A stretch of DNA of 63,044 nt, the filler included, from Octopus bimaculoides (taxonomy: Eukaryota): assembly GCF_001194135.2 (NCBI RefSeq). It is 5 parts of 5 records of this genome, joined end to end, with 100 filler letters (N's around TTAATTAATTAA, not from the genome) between each part and the next. Parts side by side here need not be neighbours in the genome. Positions count along the whole stretch, not along the records: positions 60,398 to 63,044 come from NC_069008.1; 4 more parts are not named here. The stretch is one strand, 5' to 3'. A program made the position numbers and the translations under genes. Positions within the stretch are counted from its first letter, which is position 1, and every line of letters starts with the position of its first letter. Shown one piece after another: positions 62,700 to 63,044 of the stretch. Under the pieces are notes generated by a model that was not told the DNA's origin, ran no database searches, and saw only the letters and a program-made list of their open reading frames with translations.

Positions 62700-63044
62700 T
62701 TCTATAAGTTAGGATCTCTGATAGTAGAGGAATCTGATACAAATTTGCAGTTTCCGTTTATGAACATATAATACATTGTTTTGTTACTTATCTGTTGAGG
62801 CACGAAAGTATGAGGGAGGGACAGGCACAAAAGTATTGCTGTAGAAGAGATATGTGACTATATCAGTACTGAGGAAACGGTAAGGGACTGAGACTTCTGG
62901 TGTTTAACTATACATGAGAAGATATGTCGAACTAAGTAAAATCGTGGCCACCCATACATACAGGCATATCCTTCACAGTATGTATGTGTGTGTGTATATA
63001 TATATATATATATACAGGACACAGATGTGTGTCGATAGCCAGCT

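Overview
AT-rich, microsatellite-saturated animal genomic DNA from a gapped draft assembly. The repeat content (tRNA-derived SINE families, RTE LINE, Penelope-like elements, mariners, very long TA/CA/GATA/TATG/AAT tracts) points to a cephalopod, most likely Octopus; this is inferred, not checked by search. No intact host protein-coding gene is recognisable, and most listed ORFs are microsatellite or N-gap artefacts. Identifiable content is decayed mobile DNA: a truncated Tc1 (208-1245); a near full-length RTE LINE with a PHD finger in ORF2 (~3960-7706); several Penelope-like (PLE) RT/GIY-YIG fragments and terminal repeats; an R4/Dong-type RLE LINE carrying nested SINE and RTE insertions (29.5-32.9 kb); one complete but dead mariner (37483-38744) plus fragments; Tc1- and hAT-type MITEs; and about 25 SINE copies. 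Highlights: (1) a young 244-bp foldback element with AG...CT ends, a 6-bp TSD and telomeric (CCCTAA)n/(TTAGGG)n arrays inside its TIRs (1549-1792); (2) minimal, probably dimer-type hammerhead-ribozyme-like motifs in PLE terminal repeats; (3) four or five long diverged inverted-repeat pairs, most tied to PLE sequence, one of which captured a tRNA-derived segment; (4) modular head/tail swapping among SINEs.
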